From a virus (lineage: Duplodnaviria; Caudoviricetes), in IMG/VR virus record IMGVR_UViG_3300036798_000115, positions 1 to 36,231 of that record: DNA of 36,231 nt; one strand, given 5' to 3'. Numbering within the stretch: position 1 is the first letter of the stretch; each line of letters begins with the position of its first letter. The notes under the pieces are model-generated. The model saw only the letters and a list, made by a program, of their open reading frames with translations. It did no database searches and was not told where the DNA came from. Below are positions 7,027 through 16,536 of this stretch, one piece after another. The translations under genes and the position numbers were made by a program.

Positions 7027-8270
7027 AACGTAGTAAGAAGAAGGAACTGACACCACTAGAGCGCACACAACAGGTTCTTGACATTAGTGCAACTGAACGT
7101 GCAACGTTCAAGTTGTGCAGACGCAAATGGGAATTGGAGGTACTGAACAATCTCACACCAAAGACACCACCAACATTCACTTACGAATTTGGTACAGGCA
7201 TACATCGTGCACTTGAAGTCTACTACTCACATGTCTCAAACATTCCAGTATATGCCGACCAGGAAAAGGCATACGCACGGCCACTCAAGGGTGCACTCTC
7301 AGAGTGGGATACATGGTATGCCGAAACAGAGACAGCACTTGACAGTGACAAGACCCTGGATTCCACTACGAGAGAACTAGTTGGTGATAACCTAGTTGCA
7401 CTAGGTGACTTAGGTGAAACAATGCTCAAGAACTATGACCTGTTCTCTGCACAAGAAGATGACTTCACTGTACATGCCATTGAAGGTCTTATCATGCCAG
7501 CAGGTAAGTCATGGTTGAAGAAGCATTTGGAAGACAGGGAGTTTGTCAGTAAGGTTGCAGCCAATGGTGTCACTTACTATGCACCTGCACGCAGGTTACT
7601 AATCCCGATCATTGATCCTAGAACCAACACACCAATGAACGGACCAGTATTGAGTGTCAGAATTGACTTACTGGTTCACCGTGTTGATCCTGGTATGAAA
7701 GGGTTGTGGGTATATGACCACAAGACAACTGACCGTCAACCGTCGGATAGGGGTCTGGACTTTGACGATCAGGTTACGGCTTACTGTTATGCCGTATACA
7801 GATGGTTGGGTATCATTCCTCGTGGGTTCTGTGTCAACTACCTACTCAAGCAGGAACCAAAAGAGCCACGGATACTCAGTAAAGGTGAACTGTCAACTGC
7901 GAAGGACCAGCTTACCACTGCTGAACAGTATGAAGAGGTAATGGTCAAACAGGGTTTGCAGAAGTCACCTAAACACATTGAGTGTCTGGAAGCGTTACAG
8001 TCACATGGTTGGGACAGGTTCTTTGTACGTCACTACGTTGGACGTAACAAGTATGAGTTACAGAACTTTGAACGTAGGTTGTTTGAAGAGTGGCAGGATA
8101 TGCTTGACTGTGCTGAAGGTGGATTGGAACTGTATCCCAACATGTCAAAGATGCATTGCCCACAGTGCAGGGTTGCACCTATCTGTCAAGCAATCGAAGA
8201 TGGTTCAGACTGGCAGGCAGTAATGGACACACGGTATATGCAGCAACCAGACCGTAAGGCGAGTTACTGA
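7023..8270 (+). CDS. PD-(D/E)XK (RecB/Cas4-like) exonuclease
   Basis: FKLCRRKW, FGTGIHRALE, RIDLL...YDHKT, QVTAY and C-terminal CPQC...C. Confidence 0.85.
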   Translation: MKRSKKKELTPLERTQQVLDISATERATFKLCRRKWELEVLNNLTPKTPPTFTYEFGTGIHRALEVYYSHVSNIPVYADQEKAYARPLKGALSEWDTWYAETETALDSDKTLDSTTRELVGDNLVALGDLGETMLKNYDLFSAQEDDFTVHAIEGLIMPAGKSWLKKHLEDREFVSKVAANGVTYYAPARRLLIPIIDPRTNTPMNGPVLSVRIDLLVHRVDPGMKGLWVYDHKTTDRQPSDRGLDFDDQVTAYCYAVYRWLGIIPRGFCVNYLLKQEPKEPRILSKGELSTAKDQLTTAEQYEEVMVKQGLQKSPKHIECLEALQSHGWDRFFVRHYVGRNKYELQNFERRLFEEWQDMLDCAEGGLELYPNMSKMHCPQCRVAPICQAIEDGSDWQAVMDTRYMQQPDRKASY

Positions 8271-9013
8271 TGACACTGCAAGTGTTCTCACCATCTGCAC
8301 TGAAGTATGCCAAGTGTCTCTTCTTTGCTCCTGCTGGACATGGTAAGACTCACTTGCTAGGTACTGCACAAGAAGATGACCGTACCTATCCAATGTGCTT
8401 CCTTGATTGGGAAGCTGGCACTGAGTCACTGGATGGACTTGACATAGATGTGTTCCCACTCAGGTCATGGAAAGATGCCAATGAAGTGATTGAGCATTTG
8501 GAGTATGGAGAGAAAGTGAAACTGAACGGTAAGATGTATGACTTTCGTGAGTACCGTTCAGTTGGTGTTGACTCCATCAGTGAGTGGAACAGATGGGCAC
8601 AACTTGACATGCTGAAGAAAGAAGAGAAACAGCGTAAAGACCCTGACCTGATTGAACTGAAAGATTACAACAGAACAGGAGTACAACTACGCAGAGTGCT
8701 TAGACGATTGCGGGATTTGGAGTTACATGTATTTCTCTCTGCACATGCCAAGTACATTGAAGAACCTAGACTTGGCAGGGTCACCGTTCCAGATATGTCA
8801 GGTCAGCTTTCAGAAGAGATAGCTGGCTTGGTGTCAGTAGTGGGTTACCTTGCACTGTCCAACGGTGAAGATGGTGAGACTGAGAGATTGATGTTACTTC
8901 AGGACTATCCCAAATATCGAACAAAGGTCAGAACGCCATGGAACAGAAAAGCTCCAAGCGAGATAGTGCAACCCGACATAACCGAGATACTGGACGTGTT
9001 AGGTTACAAGTAA
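8270..9013 (+). CDS. AAA ATPase (Sak4/AAA_24-like)
   Basis: APAGHGKT Walker A and VGVDSISE; lies between the exonuclease and the SSB. Confidence 0.85.
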   Translation: MTLQVFSPSALKYAKCLFFAPAGHGKTHLLGTAQEDDRTYPMCFLDWEAGTESLDGLDIDVFPLRSWKDANEVIEHLEYGEKVKLNGKMYDFREYRSVGVDSISEWNRWAQLDMLKKEEKQRKDPDLIELKDYNRTGVQLRRVLRRLRDLELHVFLSAHAKYIEEPRLGRVTVPDMSGQLSEEIAGLVSVVGYLALSNGEDGETERLMLLQDYPKYRTKVRTPWNRKAPSEIVQPDITEILDVLGYK

Positions 9014-9156
9014 CTGATGATGATTGGGATGACATTATCGAAGCTGCTGAGCGTATTGCTACTGGACATGGTAAGCGTGTCGATGGTGCAGGGTGGAAGG
9101 TGTACATGGTAGGTAACGTTGCACGTATTGATGTATCTACTAAGGAGAGTAACTGA
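8938..9156 (+). CDS. small hypothetical protein (start uncertain)
   Basis: Open frame fills the 9013-9156 gap and ends in a TGATG overlap with the next gene. Confidence 0.5.
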   Translation: MEQKSSKRDSATRHNRDTGRVRLQVTDDDWDDIIEAAERIATGHGKRVDGAGWKVYMVGNVARIDVSTKESN

Positions 9157-9794
9157 TGGCGTTCTACCGAGTGAACTTTGGTGACGTGGAATCGTTTGAG
9201 CCTATACCTGCTGGTGAGTACGGTGTAGAAGTTGAGAAGGTGGAAGTTCGCATGAACAAGGCAGGTGACGGTATGTACCTGAATTGGGAAATGACAGTCA
9301 TTGATGGTGACTACGAGAACCGTAAGCTGTGGCTCATCACTTCACTGAAAGACACTGCACTGTTCAGGTTGAAGGGCATCCTTGAAGGGTTGCAGGTTAT
9401 TGATGGTGAAGAAGACATTGAGCTTGAGTACGATGATGACATTGACCCTTCCACCAAAGAAGGTCCACTACTGCTTGAACCTAACCTAGAAGGTATGGAG
9501 TGTGTGGCAGTAGTGCAGAATGAAATGTATGAGGGTAAGGAACAGAACAGGGTGAAAGACCTGTTTGTGGAACGGCCACGTAAGAAGTCAAAGTCAAGGA
9601 CCACCAAGTCACGTGACACCAATGGCAGGGGTAGGAGTGAACGTGTCACACGTGACAGTGACGATGACTATGAGGATGAGCGTCCAAGCAGGCGTTCACG
9701 TGACGATGATGACTATGAAGATGAGCGGCCAGTGCGTAGGCCACAACGGGCACAGTCAAGCCCACGGTCAAGCTCACGCCGTAGGATCAGGTGA
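9156..9794 (+). CDS. DUF669-like ssDNA-binding protein
   Basis: FEPIPAGEY...GDYENRKLW...NEMYEGKEQNRV; low-complexity R/D tail. Confidence 0.8.
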   Translation: MAFYRVNFGDVESFEPIPAGEYGVEVEKVEVRMNKAGDGMYLNWEMTVIDGDYENRKLWLITSLKDTALFRLKGILEGLQVIDGEEDIELEYDDDIDPSTKEGPLLLEPNLEGMECVAVVQNEMYEGKEQNRVKDLFVERPRKKSKSRTTKSRDTNGRGRSERVTRDSDDDYEDERPSRRSRDDDDYEDERPVRRPQRAQSSPRSSSRRRIR

Positions 9795-9988
9795 AGATTG
9801 AAGTAACTGTGTGGGTGTGCCCGCGCTGTGGTAACTACTTTGGTTCCACTAGCACGGGCAACCTGCGCAAGTTCTGGAACCGTGACCACAAGGGTAAGAA
9901 GACACACCGTAGATCGGAGTGTCCTAACTGCATTGGTGTCACACGCCAACCTCGTACCTTCACTCTAGAGATACCGGGTAACAAATGA
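9791..9988 (+). CDS. small Zn-finger protein
   Basis: CPRC...CPNC; GTGA overlap. Confidence 0.7.
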   Translation: MKIEVTVWVCPRCGNYFGSTSTGNLRKFWNRDHKGKKTHRRSECPNCIGVTRQPRTFTLEIPGNK

Positions 9989-10179
9989 CTACCACTGAAG
10001 AACGTGAAGATGACACATGGAAGTACGGTTTCCGTTGGGGTCCAATGACGGTAGCTAGGCTTGCACACATTGATGGACGTGGCTATGTGCTAGAGATAGC
10101 AACTGATCACCAGTCAATGCAGGTGCACGTAACTGAGAAGGGTTACAAGATCATACCTCATTCAGTGAAGAAGCATTGA
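9985..10179 (+). CDS. hypothetical protein (64 aa)
   Basis: ATGA overlap; fills the operon. Confidence 0.7.
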   Translation: MTTTEEREDDTWKYGFRWGPMTVARLAHIDGRGYVLEIATDHQSMQVHVTEKGYKIIPHSVKKH

Positions 10180-10183
10180 CACC

Positions 10184-12622
10184 ATGAGAACCAGTACAGC
10201 TACTTACATGCTACCGTGCAGAGATTGTGTGAACCAGCCAATCGTCTGTGACCGTATCCATGGCAGGACACCAACTGTACTGGTTCTCGATTACCCCACC
10301 AACCTGGAAGCTAAGCGTGGTCAGTTACTTCAGGGTGATACCGGCAAGCTGATACGTGCCACACTGAAAGCGTTTGACATTGACACAAGAGATATCCATG
10401 TCATCACTGCACTCAATTGCAAACCAAATACGTCCCGTCCCAAAGAGTTACGAACGGCAATGGAATGTTGCCGAGCTAGGTTACTGCGGGAGTTGCGGTC
10501 ACTTGGTGCACAGAAGGTACTTTGTTGCGGGACCATCGGATACGCAGCACTTACAAGTACCGACAAGATTCCACGTATGGACAAGGTGCATGGTAAGTGG
10601 CTGTCAGTGTACGGGATGCAACTGATTGGCACTTACTCGCCAACACGTGTCATCATGGACCCTGAGTTTTTCCGTGACTTCTACCGTGCCTTTGAAAAGT
10701 TCTTCACTACCAATGGTAGGGAACCATGGCCGGATATTCGATACACCATTCCAGTTGACACCACTGAGTTGTCCGATGCAATGTTCGATCTTGGTGACAC
10801 CCTGTCATGTGACATAGAGACAACAGGGTTCTCACCATTTGAAGATGACATACTCTGTATCGGGTTCGGTGCGATCAAGCCTGATGGTGTCAGTGGTGAA
10901 ATGGTCATCATCACTCAGGAGTTACTTGATACTCGCTACACATGGCAGTTGATCGCTGACCAGTTACAGTATGGTCGCACTTCATTTCACGGTGGCAAGT
11001 TCGACTTGAAGTTCATCATCAAGGCACTAGAGAAGTTCGGCATTGACTATGTGTTCAACAACATTGATGACACACTATTACTGAACTACTCATTGGATGA
11101 GCGACCATGGGGTAAGTACGGTGCACACTCACTGAAGAACATTTCACGTGTCAGATACGATGCACCCGACTATGACATTGATGTTGGCAAGTGGTTAGCT
11201 GAGTACAAGAAAGCTACACCTGAACGCCAACAGGAAATGCTGGCAGAGCTTTATAACTATCTAGCACTTGATTGTTACTACACTGCACGTCTAGCCATTG
11301 ACCTGAAGCGTGACGTAGCAGAAGAGAGTGAGAGACTACTTGAACTGTATGAGTGGTTATTGGTACCAGGTTCACTTGCACTGACAGACATTGAACTATA
11401 CGGCTGTAAGCTGGATCGTAACTACTTGGAGAGAATGAGGGAGAAGCTGACACATGACCTGGAAGTCTCCACTCAGAAGATACGTGAGTATGTGGAAGAT
11501 CCTGACTTCAACCCTGGTTCAGTCAAGCAAACTCACAATCTCCTGTATAAGACACTTGGACTACCTGTTACTAAAACTGAGCGCAAAGGAAAGTTACAGG
11601 AAGGACCAACCTCACAACCTGTCATACGAATACTCAGAAGTAGATATCCCGAGTATCGGTATCTCTTTGATGAAATCATCAAGTGGCGAGGTATCAAGAA
11701 AACACTTGGCACTTATATCAATGGGTTACTTGATCGAATGGAATTCGACGACAGGGTACGAAGTGACTTTCTCCTTCATGGAACTGGTACAGGTAGAATC
11801 TCATCAGTCAACCCGAATCTTCAAAATATATCGGTTGAGTCTCACACCGGATTTGACATACGAACAGCTTTCATACCTGAAGATGATGAGTGGCTATTTA
11901 TTGAATCAGACTACTCACAGCTAGAACTACGTGTTGCTGCACACCTGACAGGTGATGAGAACTTCATACAGGCATATGTTGATGGTAGAGACTTGCACAA
12001 GGATGCAGCTACAGCGGTATTCCGCAAGGACACCTTCACTGACTATGAACGTGTCATGTCAAAGAACATGGTGTTCGGTGCCATGTATGATCGTGGTGCA
12101 GGTTCACTGGCGTTCGGTCCCGAGATGGACTACCTGGTGAATGAACTTGGTGGCACCCGATGGACACTGAGTGAAGTGGATATTTTCTTCAAACGCTTCT
12201 TTGCACACTATCCAAGATTGCGAGAATGGCAAGCTGAACAGAAACGTGCAGTGTACCGTGACCAGGTGTTAGAAACTGAACTTGGACGGTTACGCAGGTT
12301 CCCACTCATCACTGACAGGGACAATGGTGCAGTCGGCAGGCAAGGTATCAACACACCTATCCAGTCGCTTGCCAGTGACATTACACTTGATGCACTGATA
12401 CGCATTCATGCCAGGTTGAAGATACTGAACCGTAAAGCTGGCAGGATAGTGGCACACATCGTACTGACTGTACATGACTCCATACTCACTGAGTGCAGAC
12501 GTATCTATGCCGAACAGGTGAAGAGGATCATTGCTAAGGAAATGTCACACGTACCTATTGATACTGTTGTACCGTTTGTCGCCAAGATAACAACAGGTAA
12601 GAATAGGGGTGACCTGAAGTGA
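10184..12622 (+). CDS. polA: family A DNA polymerase with N-terminal UDG-family-4-like domain and 3'-5' exonuclease
   Basis: Exonuclease motifs CDIETTG, FHGGKFD and YLALDC; polymerase motifs DYSQLELR, RVMSKNMVFGAMY and TVHDS; N-terminal Cys-rich UDG-like region. Confidence 0.92.
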   Translation: MRTSTATYMLPCRDCVNQPIVCDRIHGRTPTVLVLDYPTNLEAKRGQLLQGDTGKLIRATLKAFDIDTRDIHVITALNCKPNTSRPKELRTAMECCRARLLRELRSLGAQKVLCCGTIGYAALTSTDKIPRMDKVHGKWLSVYGMQLIGTYSPTRVIMDPEFFRDFYRAFEKFFTTNGREPWPDIRYTIPVDTTELSDAMFDLGDTLSCDIETTGFSPFEDDILCIGFGAIKPDGVSGEMVIITQELLDTRYTWQLIADQLQYGRTSFHGGKFDLKFIIKALEKFGIDYVFNNIDDTLLLNYSLDERPWGKYGAHSLKNISRVRYDAPDYDIDVGKWLAEYKKATPERQQEMLAELYNYLALDCYYTARLAIDLKRDVAEESERLLELYEWLLVPGSLALTDIELYGCKLDRNYLERMREKLTHDLEVSTQKIREYVEDPDFNPGSVKQTHNLLYKTLGLPVTKTERKGKLQEGPTSQPVIRILRSRYPEYRYLFDEIIKWRGIKKTLGTYINGLLDRMEFDDRVRSDFLLHGTGTGRISSVNPNLQNISVESHTGFDIRTAFIPEDDEWLFIESDYSQLELRVAAHLTGDENFIQAYVDGRDLHKDAATAVFRKDTFTDYERVMSKNMVFGAMYDRGAGSLAFGPEMDYLVNELGGTRWTLSEVDIFFKRFFAHYPRLREWQAEQKRAVYRDQVLETELGRLRRFPLITDRDNGAVGRQGINTPIQSLASDITLDALIRIHARLKILNRKAGRIVAHIVLTVHDSILTECRRIYAEQVKRIIAKEMSHVPIDTVVPFVAKITTGKNRGDLK

Positions 12623-12840
12623 TTGAATGCACTGAACTGTTTGAAGATGCAGAGTGGGCATGTGCACATGTGATGCAAGGTGGCGTAGTACGTATCAACG
12701 TTCAACCGAATAAACGCGATATGATCTTCACTGTGCACATTCGCATTGACAGTCTCGCCAACTTTCTTGAACAGTGCAGACGGGCACAGAACAAGGCGAA
12801 ATCTGTATCAACTGATACAAGCGATTCTAAGGCGTCCTAA
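12619..12840 (+). CDS. hypothetical protein (73 aa), last + strand gene
   Basis: GTGA overlap with the polymerase gene. Confidence 0.6.
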   Translation: MIECTELFEDAEWACAHVMQGGVVRINVQPNKRDMIFTVHIRIDSLANFLEQCRRAQNKAKSVSTDTSDSKAS

Positions 12841-12990
12841 GCTCCGAGATTGCCGCACTAGTAGGGTGGCCTAGGTTTGCCCCTGAATTGGTCTTAGGAC
12901 GCCTTACAGGCATGTCTCAGAGCATGTATGTCCAGGGGTCTGACCCTAGACCGCCAGCTAGAGGAATCGCCTTGTGATGATTGATACAAG
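12791..12990 (+). repeat. structured element copy 2, in the convergent intergenic region
   Basis: Perfect 14-bp stem 12828-12841/12893-12906; outer stem ACAAGGCGA 12791-12799/TCGCCTTGT 12967-12975; homologous to copy 1. Confidence 0.8.
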
Positions 12991-12996
12991 TGACTG

Positions 12997-13992
12997 TCAT
13001 GTCTTGATGAACACGTTTGCAACTGTGTAAGGTTGCATGTTGTTATGTGCAGCATCAGCGTTACGTCCAGTCAAAGCATGATTATGGTTTGCACTGATGC
13101 CACCAGTGCTACCATTGACACTATGTGCATGGCGTGCAGTCGCACCACCTATTGCAGCACTTGCTGCGCCGGTGGTAGTTGCGCCACCCCAACTCGTGAC
13201 TGCTGCCCAATTACCGGAGGTACCCTGGTTGATATCAGTGCGACCAAAGACTGAGTGCACGTGGCCGCTGTCGCCGTGTGCATGGTCAGGTGAGTCAGTA
13301 CCAGTGGTTACACTGAAGCTATGGGAGTGATCACTGGAAACTGTACCAGTGGAACCATTACTATTGACACCTGATTCAACAGGAACTAGTAAATGATTCT
13401 CTTCTCCACCCTTTGCACCCATTGCACGGTTGGTCAATCCACCACCTGCACCAGCACCGACAATTGTTCGACCCCTGTAATCAGGCAAGTTGAATGTAGT
13501 GGAACCATCACCTACACCAAATGATGAACCGATAGCAGCCCACAATGCAGCAAAGGTTGAACGGCTGACTGCACTACCATCACACAGTAACCAACCTGGT
13601 GATGGATTCACTGCTGCTGACATCTTCAAGTCACCAGGCATGAAGAGACTTGTACTGTTACCAGGTGCAGCCTGACCAGCACCACTTCCTAGTGACCTGC
13701 TACCAGGTATTGTAGGGTCACCATCCTTGATAGGTGGGCCAACAGTGAACCAGCTGTTACCTAAATCAACGTCCAAACGTGGTGAGTCAACCTCACCAGT
13801 AACGATTGCTTGGCGTCCAATGATGCCTGCTGTTGATGGTGAGCTAACTGGACGTTGTGCTAGAGCGCTACTGCTGATTGGTACCAGGGTGTCAAGAATG
13901 GCGGTACGTGCAATCCACGCTGCTGGAATATCAACAGGTGTATCAGTCTCAGTGTAATTCGGAATACCTAGACGTGCTGATGGTGTCGGCAT
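12997..13992 (-). CDS. tail fibre with collar domain and HxH-rich tip
   Basis: PGWLLCDGSAVSRSTFAALWAAIG...TFNLPDYRGR collar motif; five HxH motifs; HNNMQPY ending. Confidence 0.9.
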   Translation of the reverse strand: MPTPSARLGIPNYTETDTPVDIPAAWIARTAILDTLVPISSSALAQRPVSSPSTAGIIGRQAIVTGEVDSPRLDVDLGNSWFTVGPPIKDGDPTIPGSRSLGSGAGQAAPGNSTSLFMPGDLKMSAAVNPSPGWLLCDGSAVSRSTFAALWAAIGSSFGVGDGSTTFNLPDYRGRTIVGAGAGGGLTNRAMGAKGGEENHLLVPVESGVNSNGSTGTVSSDHSHSFSVTTGTDSPDHAHGDSGHVHSVFGRTDINQGTSGNWAAVTSWGGATTTGAASAAIGGATARHAHSVNGSTGGISANHNHALTGRNADAAHNNMQPYTVANVFIKT

Positions 13993-14606
13993 TAGAGTGT
14001 AATCTCCGCGTTGGTCAAGTCTCCATATGTCGGATAAGTTGCCTGCAAATCTGAGTACAGATTGTAAGTGTCACGCACCCAACCGTATGTTGGATACTCA
14101 GTCAGGTTGTGGTTGTACGTGTCAGGACCAGGCTTGTGTGCGAGAATGGCACGGTCAGTCAATGTTGGATCAGGTGTCTCTGATGGCTTGGTGATGATTG
14201 TGTAATGCCACGCTGTGCCGATGCGCTCATTCATTGCCACATACTGTGTACCAGTCAATGTGTCCTTGACTGCATCAACCGTTGCTTGTGGTGTGCCACG
14301 TTTGAAGTTACGCTTTTCTCTAACCCACTCACGCTGTGCATCGCCTGACAAGTCTGCACGTAGGTTGACACCAACGTACTGACCGAGATAGTCAAGGTTC
14401 TCATCAGGACATGCATTGATATCAACCAGGTTGGCGTAACCCACCAAGCCATCGTCGCGTTCAGTTGTCAATACTTCCACCTGTTCAAACATCAAACCGA
14501 ACGCATCACAGAACACCCACAAGTGTAACTGTTGATCGTCCCGTTGAAATGGCCGCAGTTGTTCATACAGCCTGTCGGCAAAGCTACCATCGCCAATGGT
14601 ACTCAC
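13992..14606 (-). CDS. baseplate wedge protein (P2 gpI-like)
   Basis: CPDENLDYLGQYVGV...KRGT; lies directly after the J-like gene. Confidence 0.8.
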   Translation of the reverse strand: MSTIGDGSFADRLYEQLRPFQRDDQQLHLWVFCDAFGLMFEQVEVLTTERDDGLVGYANLVDINACPDENLDYLGQYVGVNLRADLSGDAQREWVREKRNFKRGTPQATVDAVKDTLTGTQYVAMNERIGTAWHYTIITKPSETPDPTLTDRAILAHKPGPDTYNHNLTEYPTYGWVRDTYNLYSDLQATYPTYGDLTNAEITL

Positions 14607-15778
14607 GGTGACACCACATTAGCTGTCACAGTACCTAGGTTGGGAAGTGTGAATGCACCGGGCATGACGATATCCGCTGTACCCATTGTGCCACCCTGAA
14701 TACCGAGCGTCACCAGTTCTGCCCAATCAACCAGTGCCGTTGATTCAATGGTGGTCATGATCTTTGAGAAACGGACATTGGGGTCATTCTCCCAAACAGG
14801 TGCCTGACCAGTTTGTGTCTGTTGCAATCCCCATGTTGCCTGATTGAGATATCCAGCTAGTGCACTCTGTACGTCACTGGTTGCTTGTGCGATGGTTGTC
14901 GGATCGGTGACATGACCAGTGTATGACACATCAATCAGTGAACGTGTAGCTCCAAACACATTACAGATGAAGTTGGTTTCACGCCATTCTTCCATCAAAG
15001 CTGCAACCTCTTGTTGCATTGAAGCTATTACATCATCGCCATTCTCATCAATCGGACACAGCGCCACCATCTTGTCATTGTTATACGTTTGATCAGCAGG
15101 GTTGTAGTTATCAATGTAACCACAGCGCCATACACCGTTGACCTTACGTGACAGTGTGGCAAAGTTCTTTCCGAGAATCGGTGTCTCTGTCCATGTTTCA
15201 AACTCTTGTGACAGCCTGTCATCATATGCATCGTCCAACTCTGCATCTTGTCCACCTTGACTGACAGCGTTAGTTGGTGACATAGCAATAGCACTGATGA
15301 AACTAAGTGAGTCAGTACGTGTCACTTGAAATAGACCGTTACCGTTCGCACCTGGAATCACTGCAACACATACTACATCTGCGCTTTGTGAACCAACTGG
15401 TATGTCAACTTCATTCAGTGACCAGAAACCGATTGTCTCCACACTGGATGGTGAAGTCAAGCCAACTGGTGTCTGCACTGAAATGGTATAACCGTTTGTG
15501 TCTACTGCTGTAAATGTCAACACGACTTCTGCCGACACAGCATCCAACGCTGGCGCACCAGCTAGATCGCCAAATGCACGGAACACATTAGATGGCACAT
15601 CACTGGCAACTTCTGCACCAGTTGCAGCCATAGTTGCACCTGCACGGAGAATAATGTCAATCAGTGACGGTTGTTTAGGTGTCCACTCAGGGAACGTTTC
15701 CTGTATCCGTGCAACTGCCATGTTGTACAGTGCAGTTTCATCAAACTCAATTGGAACTTCAATGTACTGATCAGGCAT
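14603..15778 (-). CDS. baseplate J-like protein
   Basis: FPEWT, PGANGN and GGQDAELDDAYDDRL motifs. Confidence 0.88.
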   Translation of the reverse strand: MPDQYIEVPIEFDETALYNMAVARIQETFPEWTPKQPSLIDIILRAGATMAATGAEVASDVPSNVFRAFGDLAGAPALDAVSAEVVLTFTAVDTNGYTISVQTPVGLTSPSSVETIGFWSLNEVDIPVGSQSADVVCVAVIPGANGNGLFQVTRTDSLSFISAIAMSPTNAVSQGGQDAELDDAYDDRLSQEFETWTETPILGKNFATLSRKVNGVWRCGYIDNYNPADQTYNNDKMVALCPIDENGDDVIASMQQEVAALMEEWRETNFICNVFGATRSLIDVSYTGHVTDPTTIAQATSDVQSALAGYLNQATWGLQQTQTGQAPVWENDPNVRFSKIMTTIESTALVDWAELVTLGIQGGTMGTADIVMPGAFTLPNLGTVTANVVSP

Positions 15779-16100
15779 TTGACCCTCTCCAAATGGAAAT
15801 GGTTTCTACCATTGTCTTGATCCAGTCAGGGTCACGTTCAATTATCTCATCTGCATCAGGTTCCCACTTGACGATGAGTTGTCTTATCGCTTCAATGTTA
15901 GTGCCACCTTTTCTGAAAGTTGTTTCATATATTCCAAAGTCAGGATTGGCGATCAGTTCACCTGGTTCATATGACAGTATTGCCCAAACGTTGTTTTGTA
16001 TCTCTTCATCTGAACCCTGTTCAGTCTCCAACACATCACCATCACTGGTGAACTGAAACGGTAATGCCCACTGTGGCGTGATGATATCTTCATTCGCCAT
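15771..16100 (-). CDS. baseplate wedge / sheath initiator (gp25/W-like)
   Basis: LPFQF...ILSYEPGELIANPDFG...WEP. Confidence 0.82.
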   Translation of the reverse strand: MANEDIITPQWALPFQFTSDGDVLETEQGSDEEIQNNVWAILSYEPGELIANPDFGIYETTFRKGGTNIEAIRQLIVKWEPDADEIIERDPDWIKTMVETISIWRGSNA

Positions 16101-16287
16101 CTGTTGCTACCTGTTCACCACTGCTTACCTGACCATCTTCAGTAACTTTCAATGGTGTCAAGGTAGATGTTTGTGTACCTACGATTGAATTCAACGTGGT
16201 ACCTGATGTTACTGTCCATGTACCAACTGCTGTTTCAGCTTCTTCAAGTGTGTCTGCTTCTACAATAAAATGCACAGAGAACTGCAT
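16090..16287 (-). CDS. small protein, paralog B of a tandem pair
   Basis: GGAGG RBS; aligns with 16291..16521. Confidence 0.75.
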   Translation of the reverse strand: MQFSVHFIVEADTLEEAETAVGTWTVTSGTTLNSIVGTQTSTLTPLKVTEDGQVSSGEQVATDGE

Positions 16288-16290
16288 ATT

Positions 16291-16521
16291 TCATCCTCCA
16301 TCAGTATCAGTTATTTCCTTATGTTCAGTTGCAGGTGGTGGTGCAATCATCTGTCCATCCTCACCCACTATAGGCAACTGGTCAGGAGGAACACTGGCCG
16401 GTCCCATCAATTCAATACTGTAAAGTACCGTTCCCGGAGTCACTGTCCACTGATTGACTTCCTCAATAGCAGCTTCATGATCGACTGCCCCTATTTGAAA
16501 GTTGATATTCCATGTTCCCAT
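16291..16521 (-). CDS. small protein, paralog A of a tandem pair
   Basis: AGGAGG RBS; shares WTVTxGTxLxSI and EDGQ with its neighbour. Confidence 0.75.
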   Translation of the reverse strand: MGTWNINFQIGAVDHEAAIEEVNQWTVTPGTVLYSIELMGPASVPPDQLPIVGEDGQMIAPPPATEHKEITDTDGG

Positions 16522-16536
16522 CGTTACCTCCTGTAA

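Noticed and set aside
7023-8270. CRISPR-Cas system suggested by the Cas4-like nuclease
   Set aside because: No repeat-spacer array or other cas genes; the context is a standard exonuclease-ATPase-SSB recombination module.
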